IMG/VR virus record: IMGVR_UViG_3300008050_000034
Direction: 5' to 3' (one strand)
Source: an uncultured virus (IMG/VR IMGVR_UViG_3300008050_000034)
Taxonomy: Duplodnaviria; Heunggongvirae; Uroviricota; Caudoviricetes
Length of the DNA: 20,000 nt
Below are positions 1 through 10,900 of this stretch, one piece after another. The notes beneath the pieces are model-generated. The model ran no database searches, had not been told where the DNA came from, and worked only from the letters and a program-made list of their open reading frames with translations. The stretch's first letter is position 1. Every line of letters starts with the position of its first letter. The position numbers were made by a program, and so were the translations under genes.

Positions 1-1
1 A

Positions 2-1918
2 GATGGAGGAGGAAACAGAGGAATCACTGTCTCCGGGCCGGCGCAAGACGCGGCTGGAGCAGTTCGCACTTCTAGTAATCACGCCTTTGACTGGGCAGAC
101 CACGCCCCGGGAGCGCCCTTTAGCTACAGAGTGGTCTGGGATGACTCCGGCCACACTAATAAAGTCTACGTACTGGTTACAGACGAGAGTACCTCGGAAG
201 AGACTCTTCTCTGGGAAGAGTCGATCGGCTCCATGGGAACTCTGCTGGCGAGCGCCCGTATGGGCTCATACTATTCAGAGGCCTCCCCTAATAGCGTGAC
301 GGGGGTTGTAGGAATAGACTCCGGGCAGATGGGAGACTTCATAGAGGTCCATGGCGTTAACGTAGAGACTTTTGGAGTTCCTCTCCTCTCCTCAGGCTAC
401 GGAACAGTCTCATCTCTGGTAGAGAGAACCACCTCAGACTCTACTGTAGTCGCAGGCTACGAGGATACGGTTGCCTGGGACCGGAGCCAAGTAGAGAACA
501 AGGTTACGGATCAGGAGACTTACTTTCAGATAGAGCAGAGTGACACAGCTACAACAGGTAACACTTCAATCGGCTGGCAAGAGACGCACTTATCGTCGGA
601 GTCGTTTCTTCTTCTGTTCCAGGGGTCTGTACGATCTTCTCTACATGAGGGGTCCTTCAGTACGGGGGCAGGACTAGACATCCGAGACGGGACCCAGGTC
701 TGCTCTCTGAGATTCCTAGACGACTTCGACTCAGAGTACATAGGGGTCCTAAACGGGTCGAATAGAGACACAATTGCAGACTTTGAGTCCTCTACCTTGG
801 GGTGGTCAGACTGCACTCCCGAGCTTCTGCTGATGGGCTCAGGGGATTACGCCGGAAGCTCGTTTCTACATGTGTACACTAGCCGAGATGATGATATCGA
901 TCCCGGCCTTATGGATAAGGTAGCTCCCTTAATAGAGGTCTCTACCGGATACACGGTCTCTGACGGAGTTTACAACGTAGATGACGATTCGGACCCTAGA
1001 GTAGATATAGGGTTTGTAGACACGGCAGAGACTTTGCTCCCCTACTCCGGGACGATGACGATCAGTAAGTTCATCCTCCTTCCGAAGTGTACGTTTTACT
1101 ACCCCTATCAGGCCGTCACAGAGCCTGAGGCATACGTGGATAGTCCTTGGGCACTCACAAATAGCTCTTCTTTCGGGGGAATGTATACGACGGTCCTGAC
1201 GGCAGATGGCGCTACTCGATCCACTCTACTCATATCTCCTACGACGTACGACCAGTATTGCTACTACTCTCTGCTGTTCTCCGACTCGGAGTATGTAGCG
1301 GGCGAGACAGGAGTCACCGTCCTGGCGAAGTTGCGTGTGAATACCTGGTGGGATCAGTTCGGAGTATCGGAGTCGGTACGAATCCCAATCTCTCCAGTGA
1401 TTGCGATAGACACAGGAGACGACCTGTTTATGCAGATGCAGTTCGTACGGTCTGAATCAGGAGAGAGCTTTGTATACTTCTCTCAAGACGCACAAGACTA
1501 CTTGGAGGTCCTTAATCAGACGGAATTAGGGGCTAAGATATCTGCGCCAGTAGACTTCACAGAGACCCACGCATACCAGGTGTCTTACAAGCCAGGTGCG
1601 CATATTCGTCTCTATTTAGATTACTCGGATACCCCTTCCATTGACATTCCTTGGGAGGATAACGATGTAGTCAGTCGGCAGAGCCAGAACTCAAACCTGC
1701 TCTCTTCGACCGCAAGTGTTGCGTTTGGGGCAATCGCAGAAGCCAATGTTACCGATAGCCATCCTGGGGCCATTGGTCTGGATATTGAGCTCGTAGCAGT
1801 CTCCCTCGGCAGTGGATTTGACTTCACATGTAACCTAGCTCTCGAACAAGATGACCTAGAAGACAAGGTCTACGGAGCACAGGCTAACGTCCTTGTAGAC
1901 GTCACGGATATGGACTGA
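2..1918 (+). CDS. Large acidic virion structural protein, 5'-truncated by the window edge; possible LamG/concanavalin-like C-terminal domain
   Basis: The frame is open from position 2 (DGGGNRGITVSG...), so the GTG at 131 is probably not the true start. The protein is rich in S/T/D/E/G and beta-type sequence. VDFTETHAYQVSYKPGAHIRLYLD resembles LamG-type strands. It overlaps the next gene via TGATG. Confidence 0.6.
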   Translation, partial: DGGGNRGITVSGPAQDAAGAVRTSSNHAFDWADHAPGAPFSYRVVWDDSGHTNKVYVLVTDESTSEETLLWEESIGSMGTLLASARMGSYYSEASPNSVTGVVGIDSGQMGDFIEVHGVNVETFGVPLLSSGYGTVSSLVERTTSDSTVVAGYEDTVAWDRSQVENKVTDQETYFQIEQSDTATTGNTSIGWQETHLSSESFLLLFQGSVRSSLHEGSFSTGAGLDIRDGTQVCSLRFLDDFDSEYIGVLNGSNRDTIADFESSTLGWSDCTPELLLMGSGDYAGSSFLHVYTSRDDDIDPGLMDKVAPLIEVSTGYTVSDGVYNVDDDSDPRVDIGFVDTAETLLPYSGTMTISKFILLPKCTFYYPYQAVTEPEAYVDSPWALTNSSSFGGMYTTVLTADGATRSTLLISPTTYDQYCYYSLLFSDSEYVAGETGVTVLAKLRVNTWWDQFGVSESVRIPISPVIAIDTGDDLFMQMQFVRSESGESFVYFSQDAQDYLEVLNQTELGAKISAPVDFTETHAYQVSYKPGAHIRLYLDYSDTPSIDIPWEDNDVVSRQSQNSNLLSSTASVAFGAIAEANVTDSHPGAIGLDIELVAVSLGSGFDFTCNLALEQDDLEDKVYGAQANVLVDVTDMD

Positions 1919-4900
1919 TGCCTACTAGACACATACAGACCCATAGATTCGCAGTTGACGAGTTCAAGGCTCGCCCTGAGGCGAAGATTGTCCCGGAGGA
2001 GGCCACCAGTATCTTGGGGGCATCAATCACTTTCAGCGCAGCAGCGTCTACTGTAGAGGAAGAAAGTGGGGAAGGCCTTACCTATGAGTGGGGCTTATCT
2101 GCTCCGGACGGGTCAGCACTACCGGGGGTGACGCTGGTTGAGGATGACGGCTCGGTAGTTAGGATCGATGGAGACGTTACAGGTACCTATATCCTGACGC
2201 TTAAGGTGTATAACGGAGGAGTAGCAAGTGATGCCGTTACTGCGGCAGCATTCTTCTCCCCAGTCATTGTTCCTGCCGTAAAGAGACTGGCCTCCGATGG
2301 CCGTTTCATGTTCCGAGTGCTTTCTAACTTCTGGTCACTTGTAAACGACAAAGAAGTATTTCCCGTACTGTGGTCTTCCTACTCTCAGGCAGTCGCTTCG
2401 GACTTACTCCAGGCTTTGCAAATCGACAGAGCCAAGTCCATTAGGACGATTCAGCCGCTGTACCAGAAGAGATGGATTGCATATAAGCCCGGCCTGGACA
2501 TAGATCCGGCCCAAACAACGATGATCCTAGGGAATCATCAGAGCGGGGGCGGAGCATTTACGGGGGATATCACATTCGTAGACGCCGGCATCTTAGTGTC
2601 TCCGACAGAGTTTGTCCTATTGACTGCGACTACCTCCAAGGCAGTGGGGTCCACCCTTACCTTGTTTGAAGGGGACAATATTGGAGAGTACCTAATCAAT
2701 CGGCTCAACTCGTCTGGAGATGGGTACATAGTATCTTCGTCTGATCCGTTCCCCAACTATGCCGGCGACATCGTAGTCTCTGGCTCTACTTTGGTATATC
2801 CCTCTACGCTGTCTAGTCTGGTGTACTCAACTACTGTTGACTTTACTGCAGCCAATGTCGAAGCAGGAGACGTACTTCGAATCGACGAGGGAGGGAACAC
2901 CGGCTACTACACTATTTCAAAAGTAGGAACTGCAGACGGCCTCTCCTCCGACTTCTACCTGGAGTTGGAGACTTCTCCAGTCTCTACGGCCTCGGACATC
3001 AAGTTCACCGTCTTTAGTGCTGTGCGGGCGAGTTACCTCAAGGACGACAATGCCTTAACAAATACAGTTTATATTCCTCAGGACGAGGCCGACCTAGACG
3101 CATACTCCCTCACCGCCCTGTCCTCAACAGGTGGTGAGATTAAGTCTAATTTTGAGATATCAGTCGTACCTCACCACGTTATTGAATCTTCCCTGGGGGC
3201 TGAGATCTCCATCAAGACGGGGGCTCGAGCAGGTACGACAGCAACCATCGCGGACTTTAATGAGTCCATGACGGGATTCATTGTATCGGTCGATCTAGGG
3301 AGTGATTCTCTGCCAGAGGAAGTCTCTTACGAGATCACTATTAACTCTGACGTCTCTAATCGTCTTCTGATCCTAGATGGAGAAGCCCATAGGATAGCGG
3401 GATACGAGCTCCTAGAGGGACTCCCATCTGTAGAAGAGGGCGGGCGTGGGAATCTGTGGGCCGTCATCTTAGAGGATTCGACTGCCCCCTCGAAGAGGGA
3501 AGGCATTGAGTGGCGAATTGGGTCTACTGTTACTTCGGATGAGTTTGAGGACTTCGAGGCCTACGGGGTCCGGGATGGGGACTTGCTGGAGCTACAAGTA
3601 TTTCGGCCCGATGTGGACGCTACCGGCACGCTATACGCAAGGATCACTGGTGCCTCCGAGAATGAGTTCTCTTTTGAGATAGGAACAGATGATCTGGTCT
3701 TCGGAGTACCGGGCAATGCCACGGTGTTTGGGGAGCCGTCTGCCAAGACCCTAGTGACCTTCAGTGAAGACTTGTCGGTGCCCACAGTTACAGAGTCTTC
3801 TGTGACCTCGGATCCCATCTTTACCTCTACCGCTATCGATATCAGGTCTTTCGTCTACTCCACTTCCTTCACGGCCCAGTTCTTTAATATCCCCATAGAG
3901 AGCACTACTAGGCTGAACATTGATTCTTATTTCGATATTCAGTTGAAGCCCAATAGGATCATCCGTAATTCGAGAGTGGCTCTGGACCCGGAAAGGGAGT
4001 ACGAGGACTCTCCCGTATATTCTATCCCGGCCCTATACGAGTATATCTCTCCAGAGCAAGTATCTAAGCTAGACACGGGAGAGTACCAGGTAGCGACCGC
4101 AGATATGTTTCTCTTGAGTAGAGAGACAGAGCCTGTTGGTCTTGTAGAAAATGGGGACTATACCGTAGCTAGAACTGAGCTCTCCGGAGCTGCGGGAGGG
4201 ACGTCTCCGGGGGCAGCCTCTATCTTTGTTGGGGACACCGATCTAGTAGCAAATGATGTTCGTCCGGGAGACGTGATAGTCCTTGAGTCAGGGATGAGTC
4301 AGGGATCCTATCCGATCTCTGCCATTATATCCTCGAACAGCCTACGAGTAGGCGGGAGAGATGTGGACGCCAGTCTGCCAATAGCAGATGAGGCGGGAAT
4401 TATATACAGGATTGAGCGCAGAGTAGACGGGAACTTTATCCGGTTTATGCGAGAGTTCACTCCCAAGACTCCAGCCCCGGAGACCCTTTGGGCCCCTCTA
4501 ACGCTCATAGATAACTTCAAGTACATCGAAGACAACTTCGGAGTCTTGGTAGGAGTAACTAAGGCGGAACTGGATGAGTTCGGGACTACCCAGGTCTCCT
4601 TTAAGGCCGCTATATCCGGACTCATGTATGCCTGGTCCCGGGGACCGACATTCCGATCGGCGGAGATCGGTGCCCATATTCTCTTGGATCTTCCTGTTAC
4701 GGAGATGCGTGGAGAGATCCTAGAAATTGACCATGAGTATTCCGATGGAAAGGGGCGGGTTCTTCTAGAGGATGTAACCGCAGATGGAATAGGAAAAGGC
4801 ATCTACCGGACTTATCTCTTTACTAGAGATGACCAATACAACGTAGAGCAGTTTAATGGACTAGGGATAAACCCAAGTACGGGTGCACAATTCCAGGAAG

Positions 4901-7122
4901 GAGATGTAGTCGAAAGGTACATCCCTCTGTCCAATAGTGTGGTCATCAGTGACAGAATAAAGGACCCGTTCTGGTGGAATGCCTATGCAGAAGTTCCAGG
5001 GTCTGATGAGCTGCAGAAGTACCATACCTGGCAGGCAGAGTTTGATCTCAAGGCTGTAGACTCTCGCGATGTCCCCCTTGCGGCGGACTTCCTGATGAAG
5101 ATCCGCCCGATCTACACGAAGCCTAAGATTGTCGGAGTACTGGCACTACTGGATGAAGTAATTGTAGAAGACGACTTCTATCTGGACCTAGATCTGTTTC
5201 TCTACGACGACCCCGCATTTAGTCGAGAATCTGCCCACATGGTGGATTCGATGAATGACAGCGGAGCCAGTACTCGAATTTTGGACATGAGCTCCTACGG
5301 CACTCGTACCTTCTTCCGTGGAGACGATCTGTCGGTGGAGGCTCTAGATGAGCAAACTGAGGTCGTTGGGATCGGAGCACTCAGTACTACTACATTCGAG
5401 GCCACCCTGTCGGATGCCGGCTACGAGGGGTACCACAGCGTAAGTTGGGTGCACTCTGGTGGAGACTTTGTAGCTTCCGACGAAGGAGGAATCTTCGCTT
5501 CCGCTGACGACGTGTCCATGTCAGGGACGGTGGATTACCTCACGGGAGAGATTACTCTAGATCTGGGATCTTCCATTCCAGACGTAGATACTGAGATAAC
5601 GATCACCTACCTACCGGCAGCAAAAGTGGTCTCTGAGCGTGGAGGTTTCGTTAAAGGGACCGAAATGGACGGGAAGTATGAGCTTCCGTACATCAACTCA
5701 TACTTCCAAGACCCTGTAGAAGTTCTAACTGAAGAGGGAGTTCGGGAGGGAGATGTCCTTTTCGTAACCACAGGAAGGAACCGAGGCAGGTTCGTTATTT
5801 CTTCTGTGATTTCAGACACAGAGCTGAGAATTCTAGAATACGCAGGTGCCCCTCCCAGGGGAGTGCCAATTACTCATATCCGTAGTGATGAGAATGCCGG
5901 CTTTCATATCCAGCGAAGGCAGGCACACGTCATTATGGGCGGAGAGGGACTGACCACTACCGCAGGAAGTAACCTCGTCCAGTTGGAAGGAGGGACATTC
6001 AGATCTTCCGGAGTGACGACTCAAGACGTCCTGCGGATCAGCCACACTACTGGAGAACAGGAAGTGGCGGATATTGCAGAGCTAGGCGAGTACGATCCTG
6101 TTTCTCTGACCTTTGGAGAAGATGTAGAGACAAAACTGACCCTGGTGAGTCCCTTGACGGTAACGGACGAGGGAGCCTCGTTTGAGATCCTCCGCTATGC
6201 ATTGAACGAGAACCCTGTGCTCACGGGAGAGGGAGATGTCAGTGCGGGAGGAAACTACATAGACGTTAATGAGGACATCTCTGTAGAGCCGGTCTTCCCC
6301 GGAGACCGCCTACTAGCGGTCGATGGTGATGACTCCGGGAAGTACTTCGAAGTCATCGGAGTCTCTCCCTACGAGGAGTTTACAGCGGGCAACACCCGTA
6401 TCTTCGTAGAGAGGCCCTTTTCCTCCTTTGTGGACCCTATTCTGTTCCAGGTAGTACATCGTTCGTTCGAAGAGGACGAAGAAGATAGTGACTATCGACT
6501 CGAGCGGCTGCATGCATACGATGCTGTCGACATCGATATCTACAGGCCAGTAACTACGGTCCTGGCTTCTACTGACTTTGTATTGAGTGATGATGAGGGG
6601 ACCCCGATGCCTCTCGCGATAGCTACGCACGGCTCCGGGACAGACCTCGCTACCCTGGGAGTGGAGATAGGAATGTGGCTGGAAGTCGAAGTGGTCGATG
6701 ATGGAGGGATCCCGGCTGAGACGACCAGTACCTCTCACGGCATTTACGAAATCGTCGACCTCATAAACGCCCCATCAGATAATGACACCGTAGTAGTGTC
6801 TAGCTACTTCCCAGGAGTGATAGGATCGTGGTCAGGAAGTGCCCCAGTGACGGAGATTTCTCCGTGTAGGGTGCTTACCGCAGACCCCAACTTTCAAGTT
6901 ACGGGAGATACTGTTACTTTAGTAAGCCCTGTACTAGACTCCTCAGCAGGAGCCACGACCTTGGAAGCAATTGGGGTCCGGCCCGGGGATCAGATTGAGA
7001 TAGAGTCATTTGATTCCCCGATTACGATTATTTCCGTCTCCGGGTCTACTCTCACTCTGGTATTAGATACTGGTCTGGCAGAGGCTAAAACAGGTAGAAT
7101 CTTCCGGCGAGAGAGACCATGA
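1918..7122 (+). CDS. 1734-aa baseplate wedge-like structural protein with an N-terminal PKD/Ig-like domain
   Basis: N-terminal PKD-like motif (ITFSAAAS...LTYEW...GTYILTLKVYNG). Helical segments FRVLSNFWSLVNDKEVF..W and FKAAISGLMYAWSRGPT resemble baseplate wedge proteins of large phages. About ten degenerate VxxGDxLxIxxGxNxGxYxI repeats. Lies upstream of collar and fibre genes. Confidence 0.6.
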   Translation: MPTRHIQTHRFAVDEFKARPEAKIVPEEATSILGASITFSAAASTVEEESGEGLTYEWGLSAPDGSALPGVTLVEDDGSVVRIDGDVTGTYILTLKVYNGGVASDAVTAAAFFSPVIVPAVKRLASDGRFMFRVLSNFWSLVNDKEVFPVLWSSYSQAVASDLLQALQIDRAKSIRTIQPLYQKRWIAYKPGLDIDPAQTTMILGNHQSGGGAFTGDITFVDAGILVSPTEFVLLTATTSKAVGSTLTLFEGDNIGEYLINRLNSSGDGYIVSSSDPFPNYAGDIVVSGSTLVYPSTLSSLVYSTTVDFTAANVEAGDVLRIDEGGNTGYYTISKVGTADGLSSDFYLELETSPVSTASDIKFTVFSAVRASYLKDDNALTNTVYIPQDEADLDAYSLTALSSTGGEIKSNFEISVVPHHVIESSLGAEISIKTGARAGTTATIADFNESMTGFIVSVDLGSDSLPEEVSYEITINSDVSNRLLILDGEAHRIAGYELLEGLPSVEEGGRGNLWAVILEDSTAPSKREGIEWRIGSTVTSDEFEDFEAYGVRDGDLLELQVFRPDVDATGTLYARITGASENEFSFEIGTDDLVFGVPGNATVFGEPSAKTLVTFSEDLSVPTVTESSVTSDPIFTSTAIDIRSFVYSTSFTAQFFNIPIESTTRLNIDSYFDIQLKPNRIIRNSRVALDPEREYEDSPVYSIPALYEYISPEQVSKLDTGEYQVATADMFLLSRETEPVGLVENGDYTVARTELSGAAGGTSPGAASIFVGDTDLVANDVRPGDVIVLESGMSQGSYPISAIISSNSLRVGGRDVDASLPIADEAGIIYRIERRVDGNFIRFMREFTPKTPAPETLWAPLTLIDNFKYIEDNFGVLVGVTKAELDEFGTTQVSFKAAISGLMYAWSRGPTFRSAEIGAHILLDLPVTEMRGEILEIDHEYSDGKGRVLLEDVTADGIGKGIYRTYLFTRDDQYNVEQFNGLGINPSTGAQFQEGDVVERYIPLSNSVVISDRIKDPFWWNAYAEVPGSDELQKYHTWQAEFDLKAVDSRDVPLAADFLMKIRPIYTKPKIVGVLALLDEVIVEDDFYLDLDLFLYDDPAFSRESAHMVDSMNDSGASTRILDMSSYGTRTFFRGDDLSVEALDEQTEVVGIGALSTTTFEATLSDAGYEGYHSVSWVHSGGDFVASDEGGIFASADDVSMSGTVDYLTGEITLDLGSSIPDVDTEITITYLPAAKVVSERGGFVKGTEMDGKYELPYINSYFQDPVEVLTEEGVREGDVLFVTTGRNRGRFVISSVISDTELRILEYAGAPPRGVPITHIRSDENAGFHIQRRQAHVIMGGEGLTTTAGSNLVQLEGGTFRSSGVTTQDVLRISHTTGEQEVADIAELGEYDPVSLTFGEDVETKLTLVSPLTVTDEGASFEILRYALNENPVLTGEGDVSAGGNYIDVNEDISVEPVFPGDRLLAVDGDDSGKYFEVIGVSPYEEFTAGNTRIFVERPFSSFVDPILFQVVHRSFEEDEEDSDYRLERLHAYDAVDIDIYRPVTTVLASTDFVLSDDEGTPMPLAIATHGSGTDLATLGVEIGMWLEVEVVDDGGIPAETTSTSHGIYEIVDLINAPSDNDTVVVSSYFPGVIGSWSGSAPVTEISPCRVLTADPNFQVTGDTVTLVSPVLDSSAGATTLEAIGVRPGDQIEIESFDSPITIISVSGSTLTLVLDTGLAEAKTGRIFRRERP

Positions 7123-7304
7123 AGTCCATAAAAGATATAGCCAAAATCAAAGATAAGATCTCAGTCCTAGGCGGATTAAGGGGAGAGAAGCGCGGAGGTC
7201 TGCGCTCTAAGGACGGGAAGCCCGTCGACCCTCAAACTATTGCCAGGGCCTTTGGGGTTGATATAGAGAGGGCTAAGCGAATTAGCAGGAGATTGTCACT
7301 ATGA
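7119..7304 (+). CDS. Small basic hypothetical protein (61 aa)
   Basis: ATGA overlaps at both ends fill the gap exactly. K/R-rich, with an HTH-like C-terminal segment (PQTIARAFGVDIERAKRI). Confidence 0.7.
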   Translation: MKSIKDIAKIKDKISVLGGLRGEKRGGLRSKDGKPVDPQTIARAFGVDIERAKRISRRLSL

Positions 7305-7918
7305 TTCCTATACATAAACTCTTGCGATGGTTCAGTCCCGACGTAGTAGAAGACCACAAGTCTGCTGCAGCGATTCAGGGGTTCTTCCAGGCTGAGACCA
7401 GAGAAAGAGGAAAGATCGTTTCCAGGACAGAAGGAAACAACATTTGGACGCTCACAGGTAGAGAGTACCTGGCCGAGCTAATTGCGCTCCGGGCCAGCAG
7501 CCCAAGGGCGACATTTAGAGACGATAGGGTTGCGTACATTGGTCTCGGGTCCGGGTCTCAGGCAGAGGTGGCCAACATCAGCTCACTAGTGGACCCTATT
7601 CCTTACTCTCCCGGAGAGTTTTTAGCTCCTACTGCCACTCCCGCAACCTTCCCTGCCTCCGCTACTACTTCTACCAAGACTGCCGTTAGATTCATTCGTG
7701 AGTACGGCCTGTCGGAGATTAGCCTGGGGTATGATGTAGTCTTGACGGAGGCTGGCCTTTTCACCGATGGAAACCCCGACGATGACTGGGCACTTACGGC
7801 CCTGACAGGATTGGATTCATCAGGAGATAGAGCTCCCGTGGCTTACAAGACTTACGAACCCATTACTAAGACTACTCAGTTTACCCTTCGAGTAATCTGG
7901 GAGGTCCGATTCATATGA
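7301..7918 (+). CDS. Tail-collar-fibre/baseplate-associated protein (205 aa)
   Basis: Pattern NIWTLTGREYLA...YIGLGSG...LTEAGLF...AYKTYEPITKT..LRVIWEVRF is typical of phage tail-collar fibre (DUF3751-like) proteins. AGGAG SD upstream. Directly precedes the giant fibre gene. Confidence 0.7.
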   Translation: MIPIHKLLRWFSPDVVEDHKSAAAIQGFFQAETRERGKIVSRTEGNNIWTLTGREYLAELIALRASSPRATFRDDRVAYIGLGSGSQAEVANISSLVDPIPYSPGEFLAPTATPATFPASATTSTKTAVRFIREYGLSEISLGYDVVLTEAGLFTDGNPDDDWALTALTGLDSSGDRAPVAYKTYEPITKTTQFTLRVIWEVRFI

Positions 7919-10900
7919 GTCAATTTAAACGCCGACCATTTATGGCGGGACATACTGACGTATTCATCCTGTCACAGCCGTATATCTCCGGAACAGAGCA
8001 CATCAACTCTGACGGAGAGCTGGATAGTATCGTTGCGCTTACTGCGCCATTTACTCTCGAGCTGTCTGTAGAGACGGAAGCAGGTAATGCTGACGTCCAG
8101 TGGACGGATGCAGATACCCTGACTTTGGCCCAGATGGTCGAAGATATCAACGGCTCTGCCCTCTCCTCCCTCGTCCTGGCCGAAGACTTTGAAGGATGCC
8201 TCCGACTATCGAGCTTGGGCTCCGGATACGTCTCCTCTGCCGGGTCTAATGCCTACATAAAAATCGTTCCTAATTCTTCAGGGGCTACGTTCATTGATGC
8301 GGCTGAGCTGTTTGGGTTTCCTCGAGACCCCCACCCTCACTCAATAGTTACCGCAGGAGACCTAGCCTCTGCCCCAGTAAGGCCCCTTACTCAGGTCAAC
8401 CGACCAGGCGTCTCCTACATTGCTCGAGGAGAGGATAGGGTCTCTCAAAACTTCAACCGAGCGCTTCATCAGCTAGGAATAAATGACGATAGCCTGAACA
8501 CGCGGCTGAAGACCAGAGTACCTATCCCTACCGTTCTTGATCTGGGAGAGGCATCGTCTCGACTAATAGTCAATGCAGATGGGGAGATTACGGCAGTAAA
8601 TCTGTCCCCAAACTTGGGAGACGACCTAGACAGCGTTCTCGAGAATAGGGTCTTTGTTGGCGGAGAGCTCAACAGTGACACAACGCTACACACCCTATCC
8701 CAGTATTTTGCAGTTCTAGACGGCAACGACAATGAGATCGTGGCAGATCACCTTCCTATTCGTGTTGGTGCCGCCACTAGAGGTGCTCCACTAGTTGCCG
8801 TTCCTTACTACCAGGACGAGGAATCTACCCCGACAAGCTCAGGTAGTGGACCTATTGCCGACACTGTTTACATTTCCGGAGGTGGAACTGACGGAGGAAA
8901 TGTACTTGGCGTCCAAAGAGAGAAGCAGGCCATAGTTACCATTGATGAGATCAGGGACCACTGTGTCTTGATCTGTAATGGTGCCCTATTCGAGACCGAA
9001 GATGTGCAGCCGGGAGACATCGCTCAGATATCTGGCTCTACTCTCAATGCCCCCATAAACCATGATGGGGCTTACATCGTAGAGAGAGTTATCTCGGAGA
9101 CGGAACTCGAGGTACGTCCTCGTGACCACGCCCAAGTACATCTCCTGAATGAGGGCTCTGCGGGCCTAGGCGGAGTACAGGTCGGAACTGATGGAGAGTT
9201 CGAAGAGAACGTCTTCTTGATGTTCTACCCTCCAATCCCCAGATTCCCTCCTGCCCGACCAGGCCCCACGGCAGATCCGGCAACCAACGCCTCCACCATC
9301 ATTCCTGGAATTCTTAGGCTAGTGGTCGGTATCGAGGGATACCTAGGAGAGGTTCCTCCTACGTTCTTAATGCACTCCACAATCAACTCTGCGGAGGAAG
9401 TAGACGCCTTCACTAGTAGACGTATCTGGAGAAGACTATCCTTTGACGGCATCTACCAAGGCCAGGGATATGACTATAGAGGTACCGAGCTAGGAGGTGG
9501 GGCCGAGGGTCGAGTGACGCATGGAGCGATTACTTTTGCTCTAGACTCTCATAACCAGGGAACTCCTCTCAACACTCTAGATAAGAGTGGCTCGGGTGAG
9601 CTCATAAAGCGGGAGAGAGACGTTGTCCTAGAGATTGCTACGCCAGGCAGTGTAATCGATCAGGACATTGGAAAGATCATCCTCCTTACTCAGCAGGGCG
9701 GAGGCACCGACATCTTCATTGAGGAGCCTTTCCTCATTTCTGAGTTCCTGAGCTACGACTCGGTCCGACTCAGTCCAATGATCGAGAGGAAGAGCTTCTG
9801 GAACTCCGTTGGAGTCTCTAGCCTGTCTGTGGACTATCAGATTCTACAGGAAGGGCTTGCTGCTATTCAGGCAGCTATGACAATCGTAGCCCCTCAGTAC
9901 AACGAGGCGGGAAACGATGCCCCACGAATAGGCCACACATTCGTCCGAACGAGGGAGAACCGTACCGGGTCGGAGCTACTGGCAGGAAAGCTAGAGACCC
10001 CCGGAACCAGTCTTCTGCACATAGAGAGAATCCAGAGTCTACGGGCAGGATATGGCGGAACGGACTGGGTGGCTGCAGAGACAGTAGAGATCCGGAACCT
10101 AGGAACAGGCGACCCCTATGTCTCTTTCTACGACAAGGATGACGATACTTCGCAGATTGAGCCACAGCACAACCCAAGTATCTTTGCTAGAGACCATAAC
10201 CCCGACAGTAGTGGCTCTAATCGCCTAGATAACTCTATCGGCCACTCAATAGTACGTGTTTTTCATGGCCCAAATGCGGGATTCTACTCTATCGTCTTGG
10301 ACGACTCTGTTGGGACTAAGCTCCAGAGACTTTCCCTTACGGGAGAAGGAGAGGATTACAGCGCCGTGGCTCTTCCGGCAGGAATGAGCCACCAGTATGG
10401 CTGCCTTTACAATATCATTTGCTCCATAGGTAGCCTATCTGCGCAAGTAGAGACCCCGTTAGATGAGAGTACATCTGTTGAGGTAGGGATCACCGCCTTC
10501 GCGGATGCCGCTACCGCCACTGCCGTTGATCAGAAGGCCCGCGCAATCCAAGCCCATTGGCTCGGAGACGGTACCGCTTTCTTCGTCAGGGCGAATGATC
10601 CTGGGTGGATCGGATACAACCTAAACACGTCTTCGGCAGGACCGGGAGGTACTGAGGCGGCGTCGGGTTGGGCAATTGACATTGAGGTCTTTAACCCCGC
10701 TAACGGCATTTGGGTGAAGTCTGCAGGCGACATCACAGACAGTAGTGAGAAGAAGAGGAGAGCCAAGGGCATCGAAGTATATGTCGAGAGCAACGAGGCT
10801 GATCCTGAGCACCAGGACCTAGACGAGGGAAGTACTCCAATACTATCGAAGCCTCAAGGGTTTGGCCTCAAAGTCACGGTAGGTCCTTCTGGGAAGGTAC

